NCBI GenBank assembly: GCA_003222205.1
Contig: QHVC01000044.1
Span: 2,510-66,509 of the forward strand
Source of the DNA: Gemmatimonadota bacterium
GTDB lineage: Bacteria > Gemmatimonadota > Gemmatimonadetes > Gemmatimonadales > GWC2-71-9
Direction of reading: 5' to 3'
DNA: 64,000 bases
The translations under genes and the position numbers were made by a program. Shown here piece after piece: positions 40,381 to 51,651 of the stretch. Under the pieces are notes generated by a model. The model did not search any database. It had not been told where the DNA came from and saw nothing but the letters and a program-made list of their open reading frames with translations. The stretch's first letter is position 1, and each line of letters opens with the position of its first letter.

Positions 40381-41412
40381 TCAGCGCCAGCGGAAAATCC
40401 GCAAGGCGACGGTGAAGCTCACCGCGCCCCAGAGCAGCACGATCGCCAGCGGGGCGCCGAGACTGAACAGCGACGTCCCGTCGATCATCACGGCGCGCAG
40501 CGCGTCGTTCAGCGCGGTGAGCGGCAGCGCCTTCACGAACGGCTGCATCCCCTCGGGGAAGCGCGCGTAAGAGAAGAAGGTCCCCGACAACACCCACATC
40601 GGCAGCATCACGAGGTTCATCAACCCGCTCGCCGCCTCGATCGTGCGGGCGCGGCTCGCGACCAACAGCCCGAGTCCGGCGAAGCTCAAGGACCCCAAGA
40701 CGCTCACCAAGGCCAGCGTGAGCAGCGAGCCCCGCACGCCAACCCCGAACATCAACCGCCCGAATCCGACGAGCGCCGCGACCTCGAGGACCAGGAACAG
40801 CAGGCGGGAGAGGATGAACCCGAGGAGGTAGTGGCTGCGTCGCATCGGGGTCGCCATGAAGCGCTTGAGCAGACGGTTCTTCCGCGCCAGCACGACGGTG
40901 AACCCCACGCCCCAGATGCCGCTGCCCAGGAGGTTCATCCCCAGCAGGCCGGGGATGAGGAAGTCGATGTAGCGGGATCCGGCCGCCACGACGCGATCGT
41001 CGCGCACGGCGACGACGTCGGCGCGGCCGTGTGCCGCCTGGACGGCGGCGTTCACCTCGAGCCGCGCGAGGCGACTCTCGGTGCGCGTCGAATCGTAGCG
41101 GTAGACGAGCGGCGCTCCCGGCATCACGAGAATGGCGATGCGCCCCGTCCGCAGCCGCTGGCGCGCCTCGGCGGAGTCGAGCACCGTCGCCCGCAGGCCG
41201 TGCCCCCCGCCGAGGGCGACGACGACGGCGCTGTCCCCCGGCCCGCGCAGCACCCCGATGTTCAGCTCGCCCGGCCCGCGGTTGCGGAACGCGATGCCCA
41301 GCGCGAATGCAAGCACGAGCGGGAAGCCGAACACCCAGAACACGGCGTCGGGCTCCCGGTAGAACTCGCGCAGCCGCGCCAGGGTGAGCTGAAACAGCGG
41401 ATGATCACGCAT
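40381..41412 (-). CDS. ABC-2 type transporter permease
   Basis: MRDHPLFQLTLARLREFYREPDAVFWVFGFPLVLAF... Six hydrophobic segments with a large loop after TM1. Overlaps the ATPase gene by 8 nt. Confidence 0.85.
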   Translation of the reverse strand: MRDHPLFQLTLARLREFYREPDAVFWVFGFPLVLAFALGIAFRNRGPGELNIGVLRGPGDSAVVVALGGGHGLRATVLDSAEARQRLRTGRIAILVMPGAPLVYRYDSTRTESRLARLEVNAAVQAAHGRADVVAVRDDRVVAAGSRYIDFLIPGLLGMNLLGSGIWGVGFTVVLARKNRLLKRFMATPMRRSHYLLGFILSRLLFLVLEVAALVGFGRLMFGVGVRGSLLTLALVSVLGSLSFAGLGLLVASRARTIEAASGLMNLVMLPMWVLSGTFFSYARFPEGMQPFVKALPLTALNDALRAVMIDGTSLFSLGAPLAIVLLWGAVSFTVALRIFRWR

Positions 41413-42340
41413 CGCGCAACTGTCGTCCGGTGAGCGCCAGGAAGACGTCGTCGAGCGTGGCGTGATGGGTGACGAGCAGCGACAGCTCCGCGCCGCGGCG
41501 CTCGACGAGGGCCAGGAGCGCCGGCAGCGTCCGATGCACCTCGCGGACGGTGAGACTGACGCGGTCGGTCCCGGTACGCACCGACCGTACGCCCGCCAGC
41601 CCTTGCAGCTCCGGCAGCAGCGCGCTGGTCTGCACGCCGTCGGCGAGGGCGAACTCGACCACGTGGTCGGCGCCGAGGGACGCGATCAGCTGACGCGGCG
41701 AGCCGAGCGCGATCACCCGCCCGTGGTCCATGATCGCGACGCGATCGCAGAGGCGCTCGGCCTCTTCCATATAATGCGTGGTCAACAGGACGGTGTTGCC
41801 GGCTGCTCGGAACGTCCCGATGATCTCCCAGAGCTGGCGTCGCGACTGGGGGTCGAGCCCGGTGGTCGGCTCATCGAGGAAGAGCAGCTCGGGGCGGTTG
41901 ACCAGCGCGCAGGCGATCGCGAGCCGCTGTTTCTGCCCGCCGGACAGCGTGCCGATGCGGGCGCGGCGCTTTTCCTCGAGCTGCACGAGCGCGAGCACCT
42001 CGTCCACCGTGTGGGTGCGCCGGTAGAAGCTGCGGAACAGCGCGACCGTCTCCGCGACCGTGAGCTTGTCGCCGAGCTGGGTGTCCTGGAGCTGGATGCC
42101 GAGACGCTCGCGCAGCGCGCGCCCCCGGGCCCCGTCGTCCCAACGCATCCCCAGCACCTCGACCGCTCCCGCGTCGGGGAGCGTGAGCCCTTCGAGGATC
42201 TCGATGGTCGTGGTCTTCCCAGCGCCGTTGGGGCCGAGCAGGCCGAAGCACTCGCCGGCCTCGACCGTGAGGTCGAGACCCGCGACCGCCACGACGTCGC
42301 CGTAGCGCTTGACCAGCCCTGCACACTGAATCGCCGGCAC
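41405..42340 (-). CDS. ABC transporter ATP-binding protein (ABC-2/DrrA-like)
   Basis: Walker A GPNGAGKTT, signature LSGGQKQRL, Walker B LLFLDEPTTGLD. GTG start 1 nt after the upstream stop. Confidence 0.9.
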   Translation of the reverse strand: MPAIQCAGLVKRYGDVVAVAGLDLTVEAGECFGLLGPNGAGKTTTIEILEGLTLPDAGAVEVLGMRWDDGARGRALRERLGIQLQDTQLGDKLTVAETVALFRSFYRRTHTVDEVLALVQLEEKRRARIGTLSGGQKQRLAIACALVNRPELLFLDEPTTGLDPQSRRQLWEIIGTFRAAGNTVLLTTHYMEEAERLCDRVAIMDHGRVIALGSPRQLIASLGADHVVEFALADGVQTSALLPELQGLAGVRSVRTGTDRVSLTVREVHRTLPALLALVERRGAELSLLVTHHATLDDVFLALTGRQLRDA

Positions 42341-42341
42341 G

Positions 42342-42740
42342 TCAGGCGGCGGGGGGGGGTTCCTGACCCGACGGGCGCTGGTCCTTCTCCTCCCCTTCCA
42401 TCGCCCGCTTGAGCGCGTGATCGAGCTGGATCAGGAGGTTGTTCACGCCGTCGGTCAGGCCACGGATTTTCATGTTGAGGCCGCCGCCGCGCGCGGCCAT
42501 GACCGCGAGCGAGCCGGCGACGTCGGCGATGGTGCCGATGTTGGCGGTCAAGGCCCGCTGGCGCAGGTGCGTGAGGTCGCGGGCGATGCTGCCGCAGAGG
42601 TTGTCGATGAGTTGAGACCGGGCGGCGCGGTTCGAGTCGAGCTCGGCGACCATGCCCTTGACGTGGTTCGCCACGTGCAAGAACGCGTTCACCTGCTCGA
42701 TGCGCGCAGCCTGGGCGGGACTCAGCTTCTTGCCGGCCAT
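42342..42740 (-). CDS. Hypothetical helical protein (132 aa)
   Basis: ATG-initiated ORF wedged with 1-nt gaps between the phosphodiesterase and ABC ATPase genes. Predicted helical. The C-terminus QEPPPAA is encoded by a C9 run. Confidence 0.55.
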   Translation of the reverse strand: MAGKKLSPAQAARIEQVNAFLHVANHVKGMVAELDSNRAARSQLIDNLCGSIARDLTHLRQRALTANIGTIADVAGSLAVMAARGGGLNMKIRGLTDGVNNLLIQLDHALKRAMEGEEKDQRPSGQEPPPAA

Positions 42741-42741
42741 G

Positions 42742-44337
42742 TCAATTCCCCGGCGCGAGCGCCTCGGTCAGCACGCGACCGTCGAGCAGGGACAGGGGCG
42801 AAATGCCGAGGAGGCGCGCCAACGTCGGCGCGATATCGACGGTGTTCGCCCGCCGCCCGTAGCGTCCGGGCCTGATCCCCCGACCCCACAGCATCAGGGG
42901 CACGTGGCTGTCGAGCTCCGAAGGCTGGCCGTGCTCGGCGATGCTGTCGGGCGTCCACACGGAAAACGGCTGCAGCGTCACCACGAGCAGCGCGCCGGCG
43001 TCCGCCGGAAGCTGATGGCGCCAGCGGCGGGCGACCGCATCGTCGGCGGTATCGGCGCGGGCGAGATCCGCCGGCTCGTCCGCGCGGGCGACGCCGGCCA
43101 CGCGCCGCACGCGCGCCGCCAACGCCCGGCCGATGCTGTCCACGTTCGCGCCGACCGCCGAGAGCCGGCCGTTGTCGCGCAAGAACAGAATGCCCGTGTC
43201 GAAGAGCAGCCAGGCTCGCGGGGTGCCCGTCCCGGCGGCGCGGTCCAACTCCGCGTTCGCCGCGCTCACGAGCGTGTCCAGCGCCACCGCGTGGGCGTCC
43301 GGATGCCCGTGCGCACGCGCGTACGCCGTGAAGGGCGTGACGCCGTGATCCGCCGTGAGCACGACGAGGAGGTTCTGCCGGCCGTACCGATCGATCAACC
43401 GGCCGAGAAACCAGTCGAGGTAGCGGTCGAGCCGCAGCACCTGGTCGTGGATCTCGCGGGAGTCGGGGCCGAACGCGTGGCCCACCGCGTCGGTTGTCGA
43501 CAGGCTGACGGCGAGCAGGTCGGTGGAGCGGCTGCGGCCCAGCTTCAGCGCTTCGACGCCGCTCAAGGCGAACGCGAGCGTGAGCGAATCCATCAGGGGA
43601 GCGCCCGGGAGGGCCGCGGCCGCGTTCGCGCTGTCCAGCGGCAGCGTGTGCGGGAAGGTCACGCTGCGCCCGGTGTTCTCCCACGCCTGATCGTCGACCT
43701 CGGAGTACGCCGAGTCAGGGAGCAGCAGCGTCCATTTCCAACCGGCGGCTTTGAAGGGTAGTCGCAGGGCGTTGAACGCCTGCACCCAGACGGGAAGCGA
43801 ATCGGCGTAGTACCGACTGGTGGTGAACAGGCCGTCGGCGTACCAGTAGACCTGCTCCTTCGCTGGGCCGACCGTGAGAATCGCGCCACGATCCTTGCGC
43901 GACACCGACAGCGCGCGGGCGTTGGGGTCGGTCGTCTTGAGCCAGTCGAGTAGCGCGGTGCCGCGGAAGCGGCGGGGCGAGGCGCCCGGCCCGCGGGACC
44001 CGAGCAGCGGGGCGGTCGAGTCCTGGACGCCTTCGTTGTTGATCACAATTCCGGTGTGCGCGGGCCAGCGGCCCGAGAGGATCGTCGAGTGGCCCGGCGC
44101 CGTCTCAGTGACACCGTGGTCCTGGTAGGCCGAGTCGAACACGGCGCCGTCGAGTGCCAACGTGGCGAAGCCGCCGGTGAGCTGGCTCTTCCAACGCGCC
44201 AGGTAGTCGGGACGCAGCTGGTCGACCGTGATGACGACGACCAGCTTCGGGCGCGCGGGCGGGGGGGGAGAGCCGGATCCTCCGGATGACGCTGCGCCAA
44301 GCAATCCCAGCGGCAGCGAGAGCAAGGCAAGGTGCAT
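42742..44337 (-). CDS. Alkaline phosphatase-superfamily phosphodiesterase (nucleotide pyrophosphatase / PafA-like)
   Basis: VVVITVDQLRPDYL, VTETAPGHSTILSGRWPAHTG and DAVGHAFGPDS...LTADHG metal-site motifs. Signal MHLALLSLPLGLLGAAS. The ORF-track start 44346 is TTG; ATG 44337 is preferred. Confidence 0.8.
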   Translation of the reverse strand: MHLALLSLPLGLLGAASSGGSGSPPPPARPKLVVVITVDQLRPDYLARWKSQLTGGFATLALDGAVFDSAYQDHGVTETAPGHSTILSGRWPAHTGIVINNEGVQDSTAPLLGSRGPGASPRRFRGTALLDWLKTTDPNARALSVSRKDRGAILTVGPAKEQVYWYADGLFTTSRYYADSLPVWVQAFNALRLPFKAAGWKWTLLLPDSAYSEVDDQAWENTGRSVTFPHTLPLDSANAAAALPGAPLMDSLTLAFALSGVEALKLGRSRSTDLLAVSLSTTDAVGHAFGPDSREIHDQVLRLDRYLDWFLGRLIDRYGRQNLLVVLTADHGVTPFTAYARAHGHPDAHAVALDTLVSAANAELDRAAGTGTPRAWLLFDTGILFLRDNGRLSAVGANVDSIGRALAARVRRVAGVARADEPADLARADTADDAVARRWRHQLPADAGALLVVTLQPFSVWTPDSIAEHGQPSELDSHVPLMLWGRGIRPGRYGRRANTVDIAPTLARLLGISPLSLLDGRVLTEALAPGN

Positions 44338-44348
44338 GGACAGCAAAG

Positions 44349-45557
44349 CTAACTGAACTTCGCCGGCTGCGGGGCCGTGGGGATCGGTGCGGGCTCCCGC
44401 ACCAGGCCGGTGAGCAGGAGCGCCAGCGCGATCACGCCGGCGGCGCCGTAGAACGGGACGCGGGGACCGTAGAACTGGTACGCGAACCCGGCGAGAATGG
44501 GCGCGATCACGCTGGAGACGCCGCGGAGGGCCTGCTGGACGCCGAGCATCAACCCGAACTCGTGGCGGTCCGCGTGGTGGCTGACGAGGGCGGAATTGGC
44601 CGGGAAGAGCAGCGCTGTCCCGAGTGGCAGCAGCGTCTGGAAGATGAGAAAGAGCGGGACGGACGAAGCGCGGGGAATCAGCACATAGCCGAGCGCGTAC
44701 AGCACCGCGCCGACCCGCATCGTCCGCAGCTCTCCGAGACGATCATTCACCGGCCCCACCACCCACAGGCGCATGACGACGCCGACCCCGCCGAAGACCA
44801 GGAAGAAGTAGCCGATGTTTTGCTCCGTGATCCCGAACCGCTGCGACAGGTAGAGCGCGAACACGGGCGGGGTGGCGTTGTACGCGAGCATGGCGACGGC
44901 GTAGATGATGATCGTCAGCGCCAGGGGGCGCAGCGGGTGACGGAGCACCTCCCACACCGCTTGCGAAACCGGACGCAACGGACGCGGCGCCTGAGGACCC
45001 GTCGCGGCGGGATGCTGGACGCGAGACTCCGGCAGCCAGCGCCACGCGAACGCGAAATTGATCAAACACAGGCCCGCGGCGACGAGACCAGGCGCCGCCT
45101 CACCCGCGCGCCTGGCGAACGACCCCAGCGCCGGCCCGATGATCACGCCGAGGCTTGTGGCCGCCGAGAGCCAGCCCAGCGCCTTGGCCCGCTCCTTCGG
45201 CGCCATCGTGTCGGCGACGTAGGCCTGCGCCACGCCGGTCGTGCCTCCGCCCAACCCCTGCACGAACCGTGACACGAACAGCTGCCACAACGTGCCCGCG
45301 AAGCCGAAGATGACGTACGCGACCGTCGAGGCGGCGAGACCGACGAGCAACACCGGACGGCGTCCGTGCCGGTCAGAGAGACGGCCCCAGACGGGGGAGG
45401 CGGCCAACTGCGCCACCGGGAACGAGGCCGCGAGAAACCCGATGAGGGAGGGTGTCGCGTGCAGCCGCGTGGCGTACAGTGGCATGAGCGGAAACACGAT
45501 CATCAACCCGATCATGTCCACGAAGGCGACCGCCATAAGCACGAGCAGCTTCTTCAT
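44349..45557 (-). CDS. MFS transporter
   Basis: 12 hydrophobic segments and the MFS motif GRLSDRHGRRPVLL. ATGA overlap with the upstream stop. Confidence 0.85.
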   Translation of the reverse strand: MKKLLVLMAVAFVDMIGLMIVFPLMPLYATRLHATPSLIGFLAASFPVAQLAASPVWGRLSDRHGRRPVLLVGLAASTVAYVIFGFAGTLWQLFVSRFVQGLGGGTTGVAQAYVADTMAPKERAKALGWLSAATSLGVIIGPALGSFARRAGEAAPGLVAAGLCLINFAFAWRWLPESRVQHPAATGPQAPRPLRPVSQAVWEVLRHPLRPLALTIIIYAVAMLAYNATPPVFALYLSQRFGITEQNIGYFFLVFGGVGVVMRLWVVGPVNDRLGELRTMRVGAVLYALGYVLIPRASSVPLFLIFQTLLPLGTALLFPANSALVSHHADRHEFGLMLGVQQALRGVSSVIAPILAGFAYQFYGPRVPFYGAAGVIALALLLTGLVREPAPIPTAPQPAKFS

Positions 45558-47184
45558 CGCCGCGCCCCCACGCCGAGCACCGCCGCGCTCACGAGCATCA
45601 GGATGACTCCGAAGGCCGCCGCCACGCCGATCTCGTTCACCCGGAGACTCGACATGATCTCGATGGAGATCGGCCGGTTGTCATACGTGTACAGCACGAT
45701 GGACGTCACGAAATCGCCGAGCGCCGCGACGAAGGCGAGGCTGCCCCCCGCCATCAGCGCCGGCTTGAGCAAGGGCAGCGTGACCCGCCGGAACGCTGTC
45801 CAGCGCCCCGCCCCCAGACTCGCCGCCGCTTCCTCGAGGGCCGGATCGATCTGGCCGAACCCCGCCAGCACCGCGCGGCCGGTGAGCGGCAGGTTGCGCA
45901 CCACATACGCCAGCGGCAGCAGCACCACGGTGCCGACGAGCACCCAGCGCAGGGCGAGCGGCTCGTGCACGGCGAACGTCGCGGCGAGGGCAATCGCGAA
46001 CACGGTACCCGGCAGCGCCCAAGGGAGCGCGATCAGCGTCTCGATCGGCGACCGCCACCGCCACGGGAGGCGTCGGCGCACCAGCGCCCCGGCGGCGAGC
46101 GCGATGGCGATGGCCGCGGCCGTGCTCGCCGCCGCCATCCACAGCGAGTTCAACAGCGGGGCCAGCCGATCCGGCTCGGCGAGCAGGCGTTGATAGTTCA
46201 CGAGACTGACCTGCGGGGGCAACGTCTCGGTGGTCCAGGTTCCGTAAGGAACCAGGGACACGAGGAGCAGGGTGAGGTGCGGCAGCAGTAACACGAATGC
46301 GAACAGCCAGCCCGCAGCCGCCGCGAGCCCGCGCACCGCGGGCCGGCGCAATTGGCGGCGCCGCGGGGCGATCCCCTTCCCCAGCGCGAAGAGCACGTCA
46401 CTCCCCTCGGTGCGGCGGATCAAGGCCAGCGCCACGATCGCGACGAGGGCCAGCGCGACCGTCTCGACGGTGGCGAGCGCGAGCTCGCCGTTCAGCTTCG
46501 ACGCGACGATCTGGGTCGTCATCACCCGGAACCCGCCGCCGAATACATACGGCGCACTGAAGGAGCCGAGGGCAGTCATGAACACCAGGAGCGCGGCCCC
46601 CGCCAGCGAGGGCCGCAGCAACGGCAGCGTCACCCGCCGCAGCGTGACCCACGGGCCGGCGCCGAGGGCCTGCGCCGCCTCGAGCATCGACGCATCGAGC
46701 TTCGCCAGCCCGGCTCGCGTAAAGAGGTAGAAGTACACGTACATCGAGTACGCGTGCACCAGCAGGATGGCGCCCGCGCCCTGCAGCCGCCACGGCGGCT
46801 CGGCGAGGCCGAGGAGCTGCTGCACCGCCCGCGCCACGAACCCGGACTCACCGTAAAGAAAGAGGAAGGCGATCACGCCGACGAACGGCGGCAGCACCGC
46901 CGGGAGGGCGATCAGCGAGCCCAGGGTCTTGCGCCCCGGGAACTCGAGCCACTCGAACAGAAACGCGAGCGGGATGCCGATGGCCGCGGCCAGCGCCACA
47001 CTCGCGAGGGAGATCCACACGCTTGCCCACAGCGCCTGCCACTCGCCCGGCCGGCGCGCAAACGCCGCAATGGCGTCGCCGTGCGCCGCGTCGACCCCCA
47101 CCAGCAGGATTGGATACAACACGAGCCACGCGAGCAGCAGCGTCAAGGCCGCGGCCGCCAGCACCCGTCCCCGCTCGCGCGCGG

Positions 47185-47188
<4 letters not shown>
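45554..47188 (-). CDS. Iron(III)-type ABC transporter permease (duplicated FbpB/ThiP-like)
   Basis: 544 aa with two permease halves, each carrying an EAA-like loop (LEAAQALGAGPWVTLRRVTLPLL; LEEAAASLGAGRWTAFRRVTLPLL). Confidence 0.85.
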
Positions 47189-48146
<958 letters not shown>

Positions 48147-48150
<4 letters not shown>

Positions 48151-49184
48151 CGGGCCACCGCCCCCCGGCCGCGGACGTGCTCGTCCCAGTAACGCATCCA
48201 CTCGCCGCCCTGGCCGGCGAGCAGATCCCAGTCCACGTCGGCGGGTCGCATCCGCCGGCGCACCTCGCGCGCCCAGGCGGGGAGCGAGTCGGCGGGGATG
48301 TCGCGCCGGGCGGGGAGACGGTAGACCTCGCGCGCCGCGACCAGCTGGGCGTCTACACTGCCCACCCATTCGACGAAGGCGCGCGCCGCCGCGCCGTGGC
48401 GTGCGCCGCGCACCACGGCGATGGCGTCCTCGATTACCGGAGTGCCGCTCTTGGGAAACACGTAGCCGAGCTGCAGGCCGTCGCGACGGTTGAGGAGGAT
48501 GTCCGGGAGATCCCACACCGTCACCAGCCCCTCCTGGCGCACGATCTTCTGATCGAGCAGCGGCCCGTTCAAGACGTATTCCTTGGTCTGGGCGTCCAGG
48601 CGCCGCAACCACTGGAAGCCCGCGGCCGTGTCGCCCGTCTGCTTCATGCCCCGCTCGATGATCATCCCCCAGACGGCGCGCATCGTGCCGCTCGCGAGGG
48701 GGTCGCGGATCAGCACCTTCCCCCTCCAGCGGGGCGCGAGCAGGTCGTCCCAATCCTGCGGGGCGTCCTCGGGTCGCAGCGCCTGCTCGGCGTACACGAT
48801 CACCGCGGGCGTTTCATACACGGCGAAGTAGCGATCGCCGGGGCCCCGGCCGTGCGCGTCGATCGCCCCCGCCCACGATGGCCGGAACGCCTCGAGCAGC
48901 GAGTCCTGCGCGGCGCGTGCGAAGATCGTCGCCGGTCCGCCGAACCACACGTCCGCCTGCGGATTGGCCCGCTCCGAGCGCAGGCGGTCGTAGACTTCCT
49001 GGGAGCCCATATCGAGCCAGCGCACGTCCACATCGGGATGGAGCTGCTCGAAGCGACGCTCGAACAGGGACAACAGATCGCGCCCGTGGGGGGAATAAAT
49101 GACAAGCGGCGTGCGGCCTGGCGAACCGCACGCCGCCGCGAGGACCAGCAGCGCCGCGCCGAAGGTGGGACTACGTCCCCGCAC
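48147..49184 (-). CDS. Iron(III)-type ABC substrate-binding lipoprotein (FbpA/AfuA-like)
   Basis: Lipobox ALLVLAAACG. Also LVIYSPHGRDLL, ADVWFGGP and YVFPKSGTPV patterns. Confidence 0.85.
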
Positions 49185-51651
49185 GCCGGCTTCCGAGGCC
49201 CAACAGGTTGGCGAACAGCCGATAGGCCCCCGGCACGCCGGCCGGCAGCTGCCGGAAGAAGCTCAGGCCCGTGTACACGTACACGCCTTTCCCGAGCGGC
49301 GCGACCAGCAGCCCACCCTTGAGCGGGGCCTCGCCGGGATCGTGGGTTTCCAGAACCGGGACGTAGGTCGAGTCCCAGTCGTGGGCGAAGTACAGGCCGC
49401 GCTCCTGCACCCATCCTTCCCAATCTGCGGGGCCGATCGCGTTGGGGAACTGGAAGACCGGGCTTCGCGGGTCGAGCGGCGTCACGGGGGCGGTCTCATC
49501 CGTGACGCGGTCGTGGGGCCGGGCGATGGTCAACGGATAGGGCGCGAAGTTGCTCTGGATGAACTGGTACTGCTGGTACTGCACGATCATGCGCCCGCCG
49601 GCGCGGGCGTAGTCGAGGATCCGTGCGTTGTTCGCGACCAGGGCGGTGTCGGTCTCGTAGGCCCGGCTCCCGATCACGATCGCGTCGTAGCGCGACAAGT
49701 CGCCGCGGGCGAGCGTGTCCGGGGTCAGCAGGTCCACCGGGACACCCACGCCGGCGAGGGCCTCGGGGACGCGATCGGACGCGCCGCGCACGTACCCGAC
49801 CCGGGCCAGCGGCGGCAGCGCGATGCGCGCGACGCGGATCTCCGCCGTGGAGGCGTGCACGACCGGGCGAGGCCGGATGTGCGGGTAGTCGATCACGGCG
49901 AGCGCGCCTTCCGCCCGAGCGCCCGCGGGATCCGTCGCCGTCGCCCGCGCCGCGTAGACCCCCGGCTGGACGGCGGCCGGGGGGGTCACCGCCACGCTCA
50001 CCAGCCGGGTCTCGTCCTCGCGCGCGAACACCAGCGTCTCCGCGGCGACGGGCGCCCACCCGCGCGGCACCGCGACGCTCACCCGGGCGCTCGAGGCCGC
50101 GCGCGCGCGGTTCGTCACGGCGATCGTGAAGCGGCGCTGGGCTCCCGCCGTGGCGTCGATCGGCCACACCACGAGATCGGGCGAGACGCTCACATCGAAC
50201 ACACTCGTGACGAACAACGGACGGCGGATCTCGCCCATCGCCTGGTCGCGGATGCGGTACGCCACTTCACGCCGCAACGTCAGCGGCACGCCGGCGACGG
50301 TCAGGCGCGCGACGAGCGCGAGCGGCGGCGGCTCGAACGGCTCCCCGCGCACGCTGTCCGGCACGCCGGTCCAGTCGTACAACGCGCCCACCAGGGGACG
50401 CCGCAGGAAGTACGGCTGGGATCGTTCGGCATTGGGAGCGACCGCGACGGCGAACCGCCGCGACAGCAGGGTCCCGGGGCCAGCCGCGCCACCGGTCAGG
50501 TCGAGCCGTTGCACCGACCAGCCCGCAGGCGCCGCTACGTCCAGGGCCTCGACCTGCACGGTTGCGTCGCCCGCGTTCCAGACGGTGCCCTCCACCTGCA
50601 CGCGCTCGCCGGGCACGAGGATGTCGTCGTCGGCGACGGCGTCGAGGACGACGCCCGCCGCGTCGGCAAGCGCGGTCTCAAGGAGGCGGCGCTGATCGTC
50701 GGCGTCGGCGGGGAGCGCCCGGGCGGCACGCGCGAGGAGCGGGACGAGCGCGGCGGGACGCCACGGGTTGAGCTGGCGGCGCGCCGAATCGACGATCGCC
50801 GCGAAGGCGGCCCCGCCGCGGAGCGTCGTGTCCACGCCGGCGAACAGGTCGCCCCCCCCGGCCACCCCCGCCTTCGTCTCGACCAACGCGAGCCGGATGG
50901 TGCTGGGCCCGGGGCGCTGCAGCTGGCCCATGTCCTGGGAGCGGTGGCGGCTGCGGCCGGCCATGGCGATCTGGTAGTAGGACTGCCCCGCGATCGGGTC
51001 GAGGGCGCCGGCCGGAATGCGCAAGGTGGCCGCGGCGGTGTCGAAGAACGCTGAGCGATACAGCTTGACCGGTCCCCAGGTCGAGTCCCTGAGGAGCTCG
51101 AACACCTGCTGCGCCACCAGCCCCGCGGCCTGGTGCTGGCCGTGGCCGTCGCGCGGGGTGCCGCTGAAGATCGACACGACGATCTGCGGCCGGAACCGCC
51201 GGATCACCGCGACGACGTCGCTGCGCAGGGTGTCGCGGGGCCAGAAGCGGAACGTCTCGGCGACGGTCTTGGAGTAGCCGAAGTCGTAGGCGCGGGCGAA
51301 GAACTGGTGGGCGCCGTCGAGCCGGCGCGCGGCGAGCAGTTCCTCGGTACGGATCACCCCCAGCTCGGCGCCGAGCTCGGGCCCGATCAGGTTCTGGCCC
51401 CCTTCGCCGCGGCTCAGCGAGAGATAGGCGGCCTGCGCGCCGAGACCCTTGGAGAGGTAGGTGAGGAGTTGCGTGTCTTCGTCATCAGGATGCGCCCCGA
51501 TGACGAGGACGCGCTTGGTTGCGCCGAGCTGCTCGAGGAGGTCCGCCAACGCCGCGACGCCGCCGGTGCCCGGGGGGGCGAGGCCCTGTCCCCAAGCGAA
51601 GCCGACGGCGCCGATACAAAGGAAGAGGGAGACCCCGAGCGCGCGGCGCAC
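49171..51651 (-). CDS. PIG-L/LmbE-family deacetylase domain protein with large C-terminal extension (826 aa)
   Basis: GTG 51651 (TAGTG overlap with the upstream stop). Signal VRRALGVSLFLCIGAVGFAWG. LVIGAHPDDEDTQLL and DGHGQHQAAG are PIG-L motifs. The ORF-track extension to 51996 is Arg/Gly-rich. Confidence 0.7.
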   Translation of the reverse strand: MRRALGVSLFLCIGAVGFAWGQGLAPPGTGGVAALADLLEQLGATKRVLVIGAHPDDEDTQLLTYLSKGLGAQAAYLSLSRGEGGQNLIGPELGAELGVIRTEELLAARRLDGAHQFFARAYDFGYSKTVAETFRFWPRDTLRSDVVAVIRRFRPQIVVSIFSGTPRDGHGQHQAAGLVAQQVFELLRDSTWGPVKLYRSAFFDTAAATLRIPAGALDPIAGQSYYQIAMAGRSRHRSQDMGQLQRPGPSTIRLALVETKAGVAGGGDLFAGVDTTLRGGAAFAAIVDSARRQLNPWRPAALVPLLARAARALPADADDQRRLLETALADAAGVVLDAVADDDILVPGERVQVEGTVWNAGDATVQVEALDVAAPAGWSVQRLDLTGGAAGPGTLLSRRFAVAVAPNAERSQPYFLRRPLVGALYDWTGVPDSVRGEPFEPPPLALVARLTVAGVPLTLRREVAYRIRDQAMGEIRRPLFVTSVFDVSVSPDLVVWPIDATAGAQRRFTIAVTNRARAASSARVSVAVPRGWAPVAAETLVFAREDETRLVSVAVTPPAAVQPGVYAARATATDPAGARAEGALAVIDYPHIRPRPVVHASTAEIRVARIALPPLARVGYVRGASDRVPEALAGVGVPVDLLTPDTLARGDLSRYDAIVIGSRAYETDTALVANNARILDYARAGGRMIVQYQQYQFIQSNFAPYPLTIARPHDRVTDETAPVTPLDPRSPVFQFPNAIGPADWEGWVQERGLYFAHDWDSTYVPVLETHDPGEAPLKGGLLVAPLGKGVYVYTGLSFFRQLPAGVPGAYRLFANLLGLGSRRAGT

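Noticed and set aside
44261-44268. G8 homopolymers (also about 37122-37129) as phase-variation tracts
   Set aside because: They encode poly-Pro linkers (SPPPPARP, APPE) in a very GC-rich genome, so composition explains them. Only the G9 at a gene junction was kept, as a low-interest note.
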